A stretch of 64,000 nt of DNA from NCBI GenBank assembly GCA_964408025.1, contig CAYOXX010000004.1:4148-68147 (forward strand), given 5' to 3'. The notes below the pieces were generated by a model, which was not told where the DNA came from, did no database searches, and saw only the letters and a list, made by a program, of their open reading frames with translations. A program made the position numbers and the translations under genes. How positions within the stretch are numbered: the first letter of the stretch is position 1; every line of letters starts with the position of its first letter. Below, piece by piece: positions 41,603 through 51,086 of this stretch. Origin of the DNA: an uncultured Acidobacteriota bacterium. Lineage in GTDB: Bacteria; Acidobacteriota; DATKUA01.

Positions 41603-42985
41603 ATGCACAGTATGTTCCTGATCGCTGGAAAAGAGCTGCGGACCTCCGTACGCTCCGTCCGCTTCGCCGTCGTGGTCCTGATCGTCGTGCCGCTCTTTCT
41701 CAGCGCCACCATCCTGGGCGCGAACAAGATCGCCTTCCTCGAGCAGTCCTACCACGACACGCTGCGACAGCAGGCCGAGAGCTTCGGAGCCATCGAAACC
41801 TTCTATCCCCTGCTGTTCATCCGCGTCGCCGCCTACCGCCCGCCGAACCCGCTGGCCGTCATTGGCGCCGGCGTGACGACGCTTACGGGCGACACGTTCT
41901 TCCAGTACAACTGCCAGAACCCGCCGTCGCTGCAGACCGAGCTGATCCACAACCCCCTGCAGCGCCTGCACGGCGAGTGGGACCTGCTGACGATCGTCGG
42001 CGTGGTGATCGGCTTCCTGGCGCTGCTGGTTTCTTACGACTCCTTCTCCGGCGAGAAGCGCGACGGCACCATCCGCCAGCTCTGTTGCGCGCCAGTAAGG
42101 CGCACGGCCATCGTCCTGGGAAAGGTCCTGGGGCTGACGCTTACACTGGCCGTCCCCCTACTGCTGGCCGCGGTGCTTTCCGGCCTGGCGATATTCTTCA
42201 TCATCCCCGCGCACAGCGACCGGGTGCTCCCCGAGCTGGCGGCGCTGTGCGGCATGGCGGTTCTCTACGCCGCCGTGTTCACCAGCCTCGGCGTCGCCAT
42301 CTCGGCTCTCATCCACCGCCCCTTCCGCACGCTGATCTCACTGCTGGCGATCTGGATTCTGCTGGTCTTCGCAATCCCACAGCTCGTGACCTATATCGCC
42401 GCGTCGTCTCACCCCGCTCTCAGCGATGAGGAAACCTCCGAGCGCTACGCCGCCGTTTCCAACGAATTCTACCGATTCGTCATGGGTCTGCGCGAAAGCC
42501 ACCCCGATCCTATCGACAGAATGAGCGCCTGGTTCGAGGGCACGAAGAACTACCAGCGGCAGCTGCGACTGATCTCCTCCGACGCCAACAACAGGCTCCT
42601 GCGGCAGGAGGGCACAGCCTGGGCATGGTGCTGGGTCTCGCCGACCTTCGCCACGACGCTCTCGATGACCACACTGTTCGGCACCAACCCCGCCGCCGAG
42701 GTGCGGAACGAGGAGGAGATCTGGGACTCCCTGGCGCGCTACACCGGCTACCTCCAGACGCGCTTTGTAGCCGACATGGAGGAAGCCGCGCACGCCGGCA
42801 GGCGCGAGCTGCGCACCTACCCGGGCGGCGTCCCCTGGGGCGAGATGCCGAAGCCGACGTTCCACAAGCCAAGCGCCGCCGCACGCTGGACGAGCGCCGT
42901 GGTTGGAGCCTTAATCCTGCTCGCCTGGTTGGCGGTCCTGCTCACCTGCGCGTTGTTGCTGGTCCGGAGGTACGATCCGAGATGA
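41603..42985 (+). CDS. ABC-2-type transporter permease-like membrane protein
   Basis: An N-terminal TM and an extracytoplasmic loop are followed by a five-TM ABC-2/NosY-like block. The stop overlaps the next start as ATGA. Confidence 0.55.
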   Translation: MHSMFLIAGKELRTSVRSVRFAVVVLIVVPLFLSATILGANKIAFLEQSYHDTLRQQAESFGAIETFYPLLFIRVAAYRPPNPLAVIGAGVTTLTGDTFFQYNCQNPPSLQTELIHNPLQRLHGEWDLLTIVGVVIGFLALLVSYDSFSGEKRDGTIRQLCCAPVRRTAIVLGKVLGLTLTLAVPLLLAAVLSGLAIFFIIPAHSDRVLPELAALCGMAVLYAAVFTSLGVAISALIHRPFRTLISLLAIWILLVFAIPQLVTYIAASSHPALSDEETSERYAAVSNEFYRFVMGLRESHPDPIDRMSAWFEGTKNYQRQLRLISSDANNRLLRQEGTAWAWCWVSPTFATTLSMTTLFGTNPAAEVRNEEEIWDSLARYTGYLQTRFVADMEEAAHAGRRELRTYPGGVPWGEMPKPTFHKPSAAARWTSAVVGALILLAWLAVLLTCALLLVRRYDPR

Positions 42986-44295
42986 GCGCCAAGTCGCAGA
43001 TTGCCACGCTGCTCGGCAAGGAGCTCACTAGGCTGCTCTTCAACCCGATTGTGGTCATCACGCTGGTGACCTTCCTGCTGGCGCTCTGCCTGGCCACCGT
43101 CCGCTCGGTCGACGCCTACAACTGGAACCTCGATCAATACAACTCGATCACCGGCCCCCAGCCCGAGGGCGAGGTTTCGAACTTCGGCACCAACGTGATG
43201 GTCGCGCCGCGACCGAACCACATCCTCGCCAGGGGCGTCAGCGACATCATGTCCCGTCCCGTGGGCGTCATGCGGCAGATCAGGGCCAGCTTCAACATGA
43301 AATACAGCGTCGGCCAGGAACGCCGGCAGACGGAGCTGATCTACTCCCTGGTACCCGACGTCGACCCGATGATGGCCATGCGTTACCTGCTGGCCGTCCT
43401 CGCCCTGCTGTTCGCCTTCGACCAGGTCTGCGCCGAGCGCCAGCGGGGAACCCTGCAGCAGTCGCTCGCCAACCCGGTGCGCAGGCGGACGCTGCTGACG
43501 GCGAAGATCCTGGCCGGCCTCTTGGCCCTGGCAGTAGTCGTGGCGATGGCGGCCCTCCTGGTTTTCGCCACCCTCTGGGCGATGGAGACCTCCATCCCGA
43601 CCGCGGAGCTCTGGCGAACCGGCGCCATCTTCGTCGCCGCCTTCCTTTACGGCGCTTCCTTCCTCGCCATCGGCATACTGGTCTCGGCTTCGGTGCGCAC
43701 GGCTGGCGTATCGATACTCGTCTGCCTGGCGCTCTGGTGCCTGCTGGTGATCGTGGCGCCGGGGGCCATAAGCCAGCTGGCCGGGGCCCTCTCACCCACC
43801 CCGCCGGCGCACAGCATCTACATGACGAAACTCTCGATCGAGAGAAACATGAGGGGCAGCGAAGTCCAGGAAGGGACGCTCGAGTACCTGCGCGAGTTCA
43901 ACCGGGAGAAGCTGGACGCGATCAGCAGGGAGGACGAGAACTTCCACAACCTGGTCATGCGGCAGGAGGCGCTGGCCCAGGGCATGGGACTGATCTCCCC
44001 CGCCATCGCCTTCGAGTCCGTCGCCACCGCCTTCGCCGGAACCGGCGTGGCCGAGGAACACGAGATGCTGCGCCAGCTCTACAGGCACTTCCGGGCGCTC
44101 GCCGAGGAGGACGCCTTCGAGGCCGAACTGGCGCAGCGGACGGAGCCTGACGAGCTGCCCGAGTTCGACTACCGGCCACTGCCGCCGGAGGCGCTCGTGC
44201 GCGGCTCTCTGGCCCAGTGGGGCGCCCTCGTAATCATCACCGTCATCCTCTTCGGCCTCGCCTACTGGCGGTTCAACCGCTACGACGTGCGCTAA
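42982..44295 (+). CDS. ABC-2-type transporter permease-like membrane protein (paralog of the upstream gene)
   Basis: It has the same architecture as the upstream gene. It ends in an acidic cytoplasmic tail. Confidence 0.55.
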   Translation: MSAKSQIATLLGKELTRLLFNPIVVITLVTFLLALCLATVRSVDAYNWNLDQYNSITGPQPEGEVSNFGTNVMVAPRPNHILARGVSDIMSRPVGVMRQIRASFNMKYSVGQERRQTELIYSLVPDVDPMMAMRYLLAVLALLFAFDQVCAERQRGTLQQSLANPVRRRTLLTAKILAGLLALAVVVAMAALLVFATLWAMETSIPTAELWRTGAIFVAAFLYGASFLAIGILVSASVRTAGVSILVCLALWCLLVIVAPGAISQLAGALSPTPPAHSIYMTKLSIERNMRGSEVQEGTLEYLREFNREKLDAISREDENFHNLVMRQEALAQGMGLISPAIAFESVATAFAGTGVAEEHEMLRQLYRHFRALAEEDAFEAELAQRTEPDELPEFDYRPLPPEALVRGSLAQWGALVIITVILFGLAYWRFNRYDVR

Positions 44296-44554
44296 TCCCC
44301 ACAACTCTACACAGCACTCGACAAAACGCTCTCAAAGATGCGCCCTGGCGGGGCGGGTTGAGGGCTTCTGTTTGAAAGAGTTTGCGTGGGGCCTAAATGG
44401 CCCCACCTACGACAAAGGATTCGTATGCTTGCGCCATTGAACGTAGGCGCGGGCATTCAGCCCGCGTGGCGTAGAGGAAGTATCGTGATTCTACTGTCCT
44501 GAACTGCTATTCTTATAAGGTCTCTCTAGGGTCCCCGAACGAAAGGCGGCGAAA

Positions 44555-45652
44555 ATGACCCGGCGGCAGCTAGTCATCCTGCTCTCCGCCCTGGCCGCGG
44601 CCGCGCTGCAGCTCCACTGCGCCCCCGCGGATACCCATCCCTTCGTGGTCGGCGTCCACCACCAGCAGGGCTGCTACTCCTTCACCCCCGGCGACTACCT
44701 CAGCGAGGGCTCCGACCGCGTCGCCGAGCTCGGCGCCCGCGCCATCGGCGTCTTCATGGGGCCGGAGTACGAGACCTACTACCCGGGCGTCGGCGGCGAC
44801 GTCGGCAGCCTCGCCGAGCTGGCGCAGACCGACGCCTACCGCCGCCTCTTCGACCGCTTCGAGGTAGTCTCGATCACCTGCTACGCCTTCGCCGGCGGCC
44901 TCGACACCCGGTGGCGCAACGGCATCGAGAGCTACGACCCGTTCGCCGAGTACCGCGGCCTCCGCGCCCTGGCCGAGCACCTGCTGCGCCAGTACTCCGG
45001 CAGCGGCAAGGTATTCATCCTCAAGAACTGGGAGGGCGACTGGATGCTGCGCGGCGGCTACGACGTCGAGGCCGAGCCGACACCGGCTGCGCTGCGCGCC
45101 ATGACCGCCTGGCTCGAGGCCCGCGTCGCCGCCGTGGTCGACGCCCGCGCCGCCGTCCCATCGGCCGAGAACGTCGGCGTCTACAGCGCCGTCGAGTTCA
45201 ACCTCGTCGCCCAGGCCCAAGCCGACCGCGCCACCGTCCTCACACGCATCGTGCCAAGGCTGCGCGCCGACCTCTACTCCTACAGCGCCTGGGACTCGCT
45301 CACACAGATCGAGACGATCGGCGAGCGCCTCGACCTCATCGCCTCCCTGGCCCCCGACTCCGTGGACTTCGGCGACCGCAACGTCTTCGTCGGCGAGTTC
45401 GGCTGCCCCGACGACGTGCCGCTCAAGCTCGAGCGCGTGCGCATGATGCTCGGCGCTTTCCGCCGCTGGGGGGTTCCCTACTGCTTCTACTGGCAGATAT
45501 TCGACAACGAGTGCGACGCCCGCGCCCTCCACCCCGCCGCCGATGCCGAGCGCGCCGCGCTGCGCTGCCGCGGCTACGGCCTGATCGACCAGAACGGCCG
45601 CACAACGCCCGAGTGGGAATTCTTCAGGCAAGACGTTTTCACGGAACGGTAG
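44555..45652 (+). CDS. secreted hydrolase, possibly a TIM-barrel glycoside hydrolase
   Basis: It has a signal peptide (LLSALAAAALQLHCAPA). Motifs LKNWEGDW and VGEFGCPDD resemble the acid/nucleophile pair of GH5-like enzymes. The family assignment is tentative. Confidence 0.35.
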   Translation: MTRRQLVILLSALAAAALQLHCAPADTHPFVVGVHHQQGCYSFTPGDYLSEGSDRVAELGARAIGVFMGPEYETYYPGVGGDVGSLAELAQTDAYRRLFDRFEVVSITCYAFAGGLDTRWRNGIESYDPFAEYRGLRALAEHLLRQYSGSGKVFILKNWEGDWMLRGGYDVEAEPTPAALRAMTAWLEARVAAVVDARAAVPSAENVGVYSAVEFNLVAQAQADRATVLTRIVPRLRADLYSYSAWDSLTQIETIGERLDLIASLAPDSVDFGDRNVFVGEFGCPDDVPLKLERVRMMLGAFRRWGVPYCFYWQIFDNECDARALHPAADAERAALRCRGYGLIDQNGRTTPEWEFFRQDVFTER

Positions 45653-45682
45653 CGGCTATCCGCCGCGTACCGCGGCCCTCTT

Positions 45683-45995
45683 TTTCACCACAGAGACCAC
45701 AGAGGAAGCGATTGTAGGGGAATCCTTAAGGGCTCCCGAACGAGGTGACGGCAGGTGTGTATTACCCGCGGGGGGCCTAAAGGCTCCCCCCTACGCCGAA
45801 GCGAGGCGCTAGGCACACGCCTGTAGGGGAGTCCTGAACTTGTCCGCAGCGGCGATGCCCCCCTTAAACACCCGGGGCGGCATAAAGGCCGCCCCTACAA
45901 TCGGACGAGATAACCTATGAAATCATTGTAGGGGGGTAGGAACTTGTCCGCCGCGGCGGATGCCCCCCTCCTAGTTAGCGGTCAATATCCGGCGT
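45683..45995. repeat. cluster of REP-like hairpin repeats (TGTAGGGG...CCCCTACA type and GGGGnGnC-TAAAG-GnCnCCCC-TACA type)
   Basis: The unit caccacagagaccacagaggaagcgattgtaggggaatccttaagggctccc occurs here and at 49985-50190. Several hairpins carry a TAAAG loop and a CTAC(A/G) tail. Confidence 0.6.
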
Positions 45996-46009
45996 ACGAG
46001 CGGCGTGGA

Positions 46010-47587
46010 CTAGTAGCCGGGCAGCTTGGAGAAGTAGAAGCTGTGGTACTGTCCACTGCTCCCCTCGAGCCTGAAGAGGTTCAGGCTGCGCAGGGCGGGA
46101 CCGAAAGCGCGCAGCAGCGGCCCGCCGCTCCATATTTTCCCCTTGTAGTTTGACCCCGCCAGGCGGTCGACCTGGCCGCTGCCGGGGTCGAAGGAGTAGC
46201 AGTCGAGCTGCAGCTCCTGCCAGGTGCGGGAGCCGTGAAGCTCTCTATAATACCCGGAACGCGAGTGGGTGATGAGGACGCGGCCGCCGTAGGTAAGCAC
46301 AACATAGTTGGAGAAAAAACTGAAGGTTTCATAGGATAACCGGTCAGGAGTGCCCCAATACGGCCTGAACCAGGGGGCTGCCTTGAACTTGGCACGCTTC
46401 CCCATCCTCCCGCCTTCGGCGGAGATCTGCTGATAGAAGTAAGTGTAACTCTTTGAGTTGCTTCCTATATATGGGCCTTCAGCGGGCGCGGCATGGGTGT
46501 AAAGCAGGTAGAGAGGCTCGCCCCCCTGCGTCGGGCTCGGGGGCACGCTAACGCGCGGCAGGAACACCGGGCTGACGAATGTTGGGTAGTGGATATTCGT
46601 CCTGTCGTTGGCGATCTTGCGCATCCTCATATCGAAGGAGTTTCCACCTTGGTCCGGTGTCACCCGCAGGACGTGGACCTGGTAGCCGATCTGGTCCACA
46701 TAGTCTCGCGGGTCGTAGGGCATCCGCTTCAGCAGCGTTACGACACCGGGAACCATCCAGCTCTCGCCGTTCCAGGCCGGCCTGTAGGGGCGGAAGAGGC
46801 GGTAATTGCCGCCCTTCGGCAGCCTCACGTCGGCAGCGCCCGGCTCCTGCAGCACGCCGGTCGAGGAGACCTCCATGAAGTAGGCCTCCCCCGCACGTCT
46901 CCCATAGAGGTCGTCGGAACTCTCATTTATGTTGGCGCCGGCGAACACGCCGACCACGTCGCCGCGCACTCCCGCGGTGAGCCAGAGCATTTGGTAGTAC
47001 ATGTCCTCCGGAGCGTTTATCTCCAGCAGTGTCTCGAAGTCGGTGGTCAGCTTGCCGGATGCGTTGAACCTTGCCGCTGCGAAGCGGCCCACGTCGCTTA
47101 CGCCCTCGGGGTAGTAGGCGATGAGCAGGAGCCCGTGATCGGGCGAGGGCGCCTGTTCGGCGAACCAGCAGGCGGCGGCCTGGCTTATCCTGCCTCCGGT
47201 CATCGTCAGCACGTCGGTCGCGGTGCCGACTTTGCCCTTGCTGTTGAGTGTGAAGGAGCGGAGCGTGTAGATGTCGAGCGACGGTGGCACATCCGTCTCC
47301 TCCATGTTCAAGGCGAAGACGACGCTGGAGTCGGCGCCCACCACTGCCCAGGCCAGCAACCGCACGTGGTGCTCGAAGCCCGTCACCTTGACCTTCTTGA
47401 GCTTATACTTCGCCGTCCCCGGCGCGGCCACGTCGTCCGCCGCCGCCGCACCCGCCAGCAGCGCCAGCGCTGCCATTACGCCCACAAAACTGCGGATAAG
47501 CTTGCTTTTCATGGCGAATTCCCCACTAGCCTGATAAAACTCGTTGAATATAGTCAGCAATGTAGCCGTTGTTAGACGCGATGGCAA
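46010..47587 (-). CDS. hypothetical secreted protein, tandem paralog A
   Basis: It has a signal peptide (LALLAGAAAADD). It is about 75% identical to the next gene along its full length, and no domain is recognised. Confidence 0.55.
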   Translation of the reverse strand: MPSRLTTATLLTIFNEFYQASGEFAMKSKLIRSFVGVMAALALLAGAAAADDVAAPGTAKYKLKKVKVTGFEHHVRLLAWAVVGADSSVVFALNMEETDVPPSLDIYTLRSFTLNSKGKVGTATDVLTMTGGRISQAAACWFAEQAPSPDHGLLLIAYYPEGVSDVGRFAAARFNASGKLTTDFETLLEINAPEDMYYQMLWLTAGVRGDVVGVFAGANINESSDDLYGRRAGEAYFMEVSSTGVLQEPGAADVRLPKGGNYRLFRPYRPAWNGESWMVPGVVTLLKRMPYDPRDYVDQIGYQVHVLRVTPDQGGNSFDMRMRKIANDRTNIHYPTFVSPVFLPRVSVPPSPTQGGEPLYLLYTHAAPAEGPYIGSNSKSYTYFYQQISAEGGRMGKRAKFKAAPWFRPYWGTPDRLSYETFSFFSNYVVLTYGGRVLITHSRSGYYRELHGSRTWQELQLDCYSFDPGSGQVDRLAGSNYKGKIWSGGPLLRAFGPALRSLNLFRLEGSSGQYHSFYFSKLPGY

Positions 47588-47639
47588 GCGTGAGCAGGCA
47601 CTTAATTACACAAGTTTATTGCTAAGTCGCCCCGCCTAG

Positions 47640-47880
47640 AGTGTTGTGAGTCAAGCAAGCTCTACCTGTAGGGGAGTCCTTAAGGGCTCCCGTCTCCAAG
47701 TCATTGTAAGGGAGTCCTGCACTTGTCCCACAAAGCTTCAGCGTAGTCGGAGGCGGATGGTCCCCTTGAACACTCCGGGCTGCATAAAGGCCGCCCCTAC
47801 AATCTGACGAGATAACCTGTAAAGTCATTGTGAGGGGGGTCGTATATGCCCCCCTCTGAGTCAGCTGGTCAACATCCGGC
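47640..47880. repeat. REP-like hairpin repeat cluster between the paralog genes
   Basis: Elements here are tgtaggggagtccttaagggctcccg and ggctgcataaaggccgcccctaca, near-identical to those at 45822-45900. Confidence 0.6.
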
Positions 47881-47896
47881 GCGCGGGCGGTGTGGT

Positions 47897-49435
47897 CTAG
47901 TAGACGGGCAACTTGGAGAAATAGAAGCTGTGGTATTGTCCATTGCTCCCCTCGAGCCTGAAGAGGCTAAGGCTGCGCAGGAGGTAAGGGTAGGGGTAGC
48001 CGAAGGGGCGGATCAGCGGCCCGCCGCTCCACACCTTTCCCTTGTAGTTTGCCCCCGCCAGGCTATTGACCTGGCCGGTGCTGAGATTGAAGGAGTAGCA
48101 GTCCAGCTGTAGCTCCTGCCAGGTGCGGGATCCGCCGCTGAGCTCGGTATAGTAAGCGGAGCGCGAGTGGGTGAGGAGGGCGCAGCCGCAGTAGGTAAGC
48201 ACAAGATAACTGGAGAAAAAACTGAAGGTTTCTCTGGATTTGCGGTTGGGAGTGCCTAAATACGGCCTGAACCAGGGGGTTGCGTTGAACTTACTACGCT
48301 CTCCGATCCTTTCGCCTTCGGCGGAGATATGCTGATAGAAGTAGGTGTATCTCTTTGAGTGGGGACCTACAAGCGGGCCGTTTGCGGGTGCGGCATGGGT
48401 ATAAAGCAGGTTGAGCGGCTCGCCTTCCTGCACCGGGCTCTCGGTCATGGGAGTGTGCGGCAGGTACGGCAGGAACACCAGGCTGACGTATGTCGGCCAG
48501 GGGACATTCGTCCTGTCGCTGGCGATCTTGTGCATCTCCATATCGAAGGAGTCCCCGGCCTGGTTCGGTGTCACCCTTAGGACGTGGATCTGGTAGCCGA
48601 TCTCGTCCACCCAGTCTGGGCGTTCCCAGGGCACCCGCTTCAGCAGCGTTACGACACCGGGAACCATCCAGCTCTCGCCGTTCCAGGCCGGTCCGTAGGG
48701 GCGGAAGAGGCGGAAATCGCCGTCCCTCGGCAGCCTCACGTCGGCAACGCCCGGCGTCCGCAGCACGCCGGTCGAGGATAACTCCATGAAGTAGGCCTCA
48801 CTTGCGCGACTGCCCCACAAGTCGTCGTAGTCCATCTCTAATATATCGGCGCCGGCGAACACGCCGACCACGTCACCGCGCACTCCCGCGCTGAGCCAGA
48901 GGTCTTGAAAGACCATGTCCTCCGGAGCGCTTATCTCCAGCAGTGTCTCGAAGTCGGTGGTCAGCTCGCCGGATGCGTCGAAGCTTGCCGCCGCGAAGCG
49001 GCCCACGCTTCTTTCATCGTCTAAGCCTTCGGGGTGGTAGGCTATGAGCAGGAGCCCGTGCGCGGTCGAGGGCGTCGACTGGTCGTCGAACCAGAAGGCG
49101 GCTGCCTGGCATACCCTGCCTCCGTCCATCATCAGCAGGTCGTTCGAGGTGCCGACCTTGCCCCTGCTGTTGAGGGTGAAGGAGCGGAACGTGACGATGT
49201 CGGGCGCCGTCGACCTCAACGGCTTCTCAGTGTCCAAGGCGAAGACAACGCTGGAGTCGCCCACACCTGCCCAGGCCAGCAATTGCACCTGGTGCTCGAA
49301 GCCCGTAACCTTGACCTTCTTGATCCTATAGTTCGCAGTCCCTGATGCGGTCACGTCGTCCGCCGCCGCCGCACCAGCCAGCAGCGTCAACGCTGTTAAT
49401 AAGCCAATAAAACTGCGGATAAATTTACTTTTCAT
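47897..49435 (-). CDS. hypothetical secreted protein, tandem paralog B
   Basis: Same family as 46010-47587. The 5' and 3' ends are about 90% identical at the nucleotide level. Confidence 0.55.
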   Translation of the reverse strand: MKSKFIRSFIGLLTALTLLAGAAAADDVTASGTANYRIKKVKVTGFEHQVQLLAWAGVGDSSVVFALDTEKPLRSTAPDIVTFRSFTLNSRGKVGTSNDLLMMDGGRVCQAAAFWFDDQSTPSTAHGLLLIAYHPEGLDDERSVGRFAAASFDASGELTTDFETLLEISAPEDMVFQDLWLSAGVRGDVVGVFAGADILEMDYDDLWGSRASEAYFMELSSTGVLRTPGVADVRLPRDGDFRLFRPYGPAWNGESWMVPGVVTLLKRVPWERPDWVDEIGYQIHVLRVTPNQAGDSFDMEMHKIASDRTNVPWPTYVSLVFLPYLPHTPMTESPVQEGEPLNLLYTHAAPANGPLVGPHSKRYTYFYQHISAEGERIGERSKFNATPWFRPYLGTPNRKSRETFSFFSSYLVLTYCGCALLTHSRSAYYTELSGGSRTWQELQLDCYSFNLSTGQVNSLAGANYKGKVWSGGPLIRPFGYPYPYLLRSLSLFRLEGSNGQYHSFYFSKLPVY

Positions 49436-49974
49436 TGCGGAATCCCTCTCTAGCCAAATAAAAAATCGTTAAACCAGCAACCTGGCGCCTGTTAGACTTG
49501 AATTCAAGCGTGAGCACGCGCCTCTACGTATTTGCAGATAAATCCATAGTCGCCCCCCCCAGAGGAAATCCAATTCATCCCCTCCAAGGAATTGGTAGAA
49601 AAGCAATTAAAAGCCTAATGATCAAGGCAAAGAGTCCGAGCCCAGGTTATTAGGCTCTATGCAACCATATTGCTTTTCAACCAGACTAAAACAGTAAGTA
49701 GCTTATTAGATATTAGGGAGGCTGGAAGTAACGGTGGTTACACCATGATTGATACTAATCTCTTGGCTATCCTGCGACACCGCATATTTATGTGGCCATG
49801 CGCGGGATTCATTTCAGGTCGTCCGCGAGGACGGCAGCCTGTAATGGGTGGGATCCTGAGGGGGGCCTTTACTTGTCCACCGTCGCTGAAGCTTTGGCGG
49901 ACTTGTCCGCCGTAGCTTTAGCGGAGGCGGATGCCCCCCTCTCTTCGCTGGCAGTCAATATCGGCAGAGGGAAG

Positions 49975-50260
49975 TAACCCACAGCTCCCGTTTTCACCAC
50001 AGAGACCTCAGAGACCACAGAGGAAGCGATTGTAGGGGAGTCCTGAATTTATCCGCCTCTGGCGGAGGGCTCCCGTGCCATTGTAGGGGAGTCCTTAAGG
50101 GCTCCCGTTTTCACCACAGAGACTCGAAGACGCGCCGTGGTGGGCACAGAGACCACAGAGGAAGCGATTGTAGGGGAGTCCTTTAGGGCTCCCGTTTGAA
50201 AATGAATCACTGTTTCGGGGGCGCTAAAGCACCCCCCTACACCAAGATTAGCGCATTATA
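49975..50260. repeat. REP-like hairpin repeat cluster (three copies of the caccacagag...tgtaggggagtcc unit)
   Basis: It is directly repeated within the cluster and shared with 45683-45735. Confidence 0.6.
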
Positions 50261-50564
50261 AAAGCTTGTGTTGGCTTCTTAATCCGCCGTCCTCACCGCA
50301 CACCTCGGCGCGCCCTGGCGGGGCGTATCGACGCTACCCCTGGTCGGCGTCCGCCGACCTCGGGTAGTCCTTCCTCGACCTGAACTCGATGATCCCCACC
50401 GGGCACACCGCCGCTCAACGCCCATCCCGCACGCACTTCTCCGTATCTACATAAAAACCAATCGCTGCTCCCTCCAGAGAAAATACAATTCAGCCCTTCC
50501 AAGGGATCGCCAGAATTGCACTCAAAAGGTGCAAATGCACGGTGGAGCGTAGACATGTAGCGGC

Positions 50565-50748
50565 AACTGTAACGACGACCTGTAGCGGCGGCTGTAGCGG
50601 CGACTTTTAAGTCGCCTACTCCCGCCGCCGGCGGGAGCAATTCATCGCGCAGTGGCGCGATTAGTCGAGCTGAAGCTCGACGCTACCTGCCGCTCCTTTC
50701 CTGTAGCGGACACCTTTAGGTGGCCTGGTCGGCCTAAAGGCCGACAAA
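50565..50748. repeat. composite REP array (ctgtagcggcggctgtagcgg / gcgattagtcgagct..agctcgacgctac / cacctttaggtg / gtcggcctaaaggccgac)
   Basis: It is an array of short perfect hairpins. The same blocks recur in a different order at 55745-55925, and the last block recurs again at 61338-61361. Confidence 0.65.
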
Positions 50749-50751
50749 TAA

Positions 50752-51042
50752 TTATGCAAACACTCCGTCCAGATTCTTAGCGGACTTCAGCCTTTCATAA
50801 GTCGTGTAGCGCAAGTTCTGCGGAGCCCTGACTTTCCCGCCTTTGATCATTTTAATCGGCTTTATCTCCTTGGCCGGCTCGGCGAAGTAGATAATCACCT
50901 TGCCCGAGTCTTTGTATGGCTCGATGCTCTTTACGGGAGCGACATGAGTGATCGCCGAAATCGGGGCTACCTGGTACGAGGCTATATACTTGATCTGTTC
51001 GATCATACTGGCGTGAATGCGTACCTTGTACCAGCAACACAA
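50752..51042 (-). CDS. hypothetical small protein encoded in AT-rich DNA
   Basis: It is AT-rich, about 85-96 aa (MIEQIKYIASYQ...YTTYERLKSAKNLDGVFA), and I recognise no motif. Confidence 0.35.
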   Translation of the reverse strand: MCCWYKVRIHASMIEQIKYIASYQVAPISAITHVAPVKSIEPYKDSGKVIIYFAEPAKEIKPIKMIKGGKVRAPQNLRYTTYERLKSAKNLDGVFA

Positions 51043-51086
51043 GTCATGGGTCTACATTGATCATTCTCTATCGACATTTTCTATAA

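Noticed and set aside
44300-44550. tRNA gene in the intergenic region (gcgcgggcattcagcccgcg hairpin)
   Set aside because: There is a hairpin resembling an anticodon arm, but no acceptor stem/T-arm (GGTTCGAxTCC) geometry could be assembled. The region also contains a REP hairpin.
49640-49980. tRNA or tmRNA-like element in the AT-rich patch upstream of paralog B
   Set aside because: Local hairpins are present (ggtcgtccgcgaggacggc), but no cloverleaf with a T-loop consensus was found. It is left as unexplained non-coding sequence.
45683-50260. CRISPR array
   Set aside because: The repeats are diverged, not uniformly spaced, and individually palindromic with variable stems. No cas genes are present, and the pattern fits REP/MITE-like elements.
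50293-50640. 115-aa minus-strand ORF inside the REP-rich gap
   Set aside because: It overlaps palindromic repeat units, has a low-complexity translation and no homolog-like motif.
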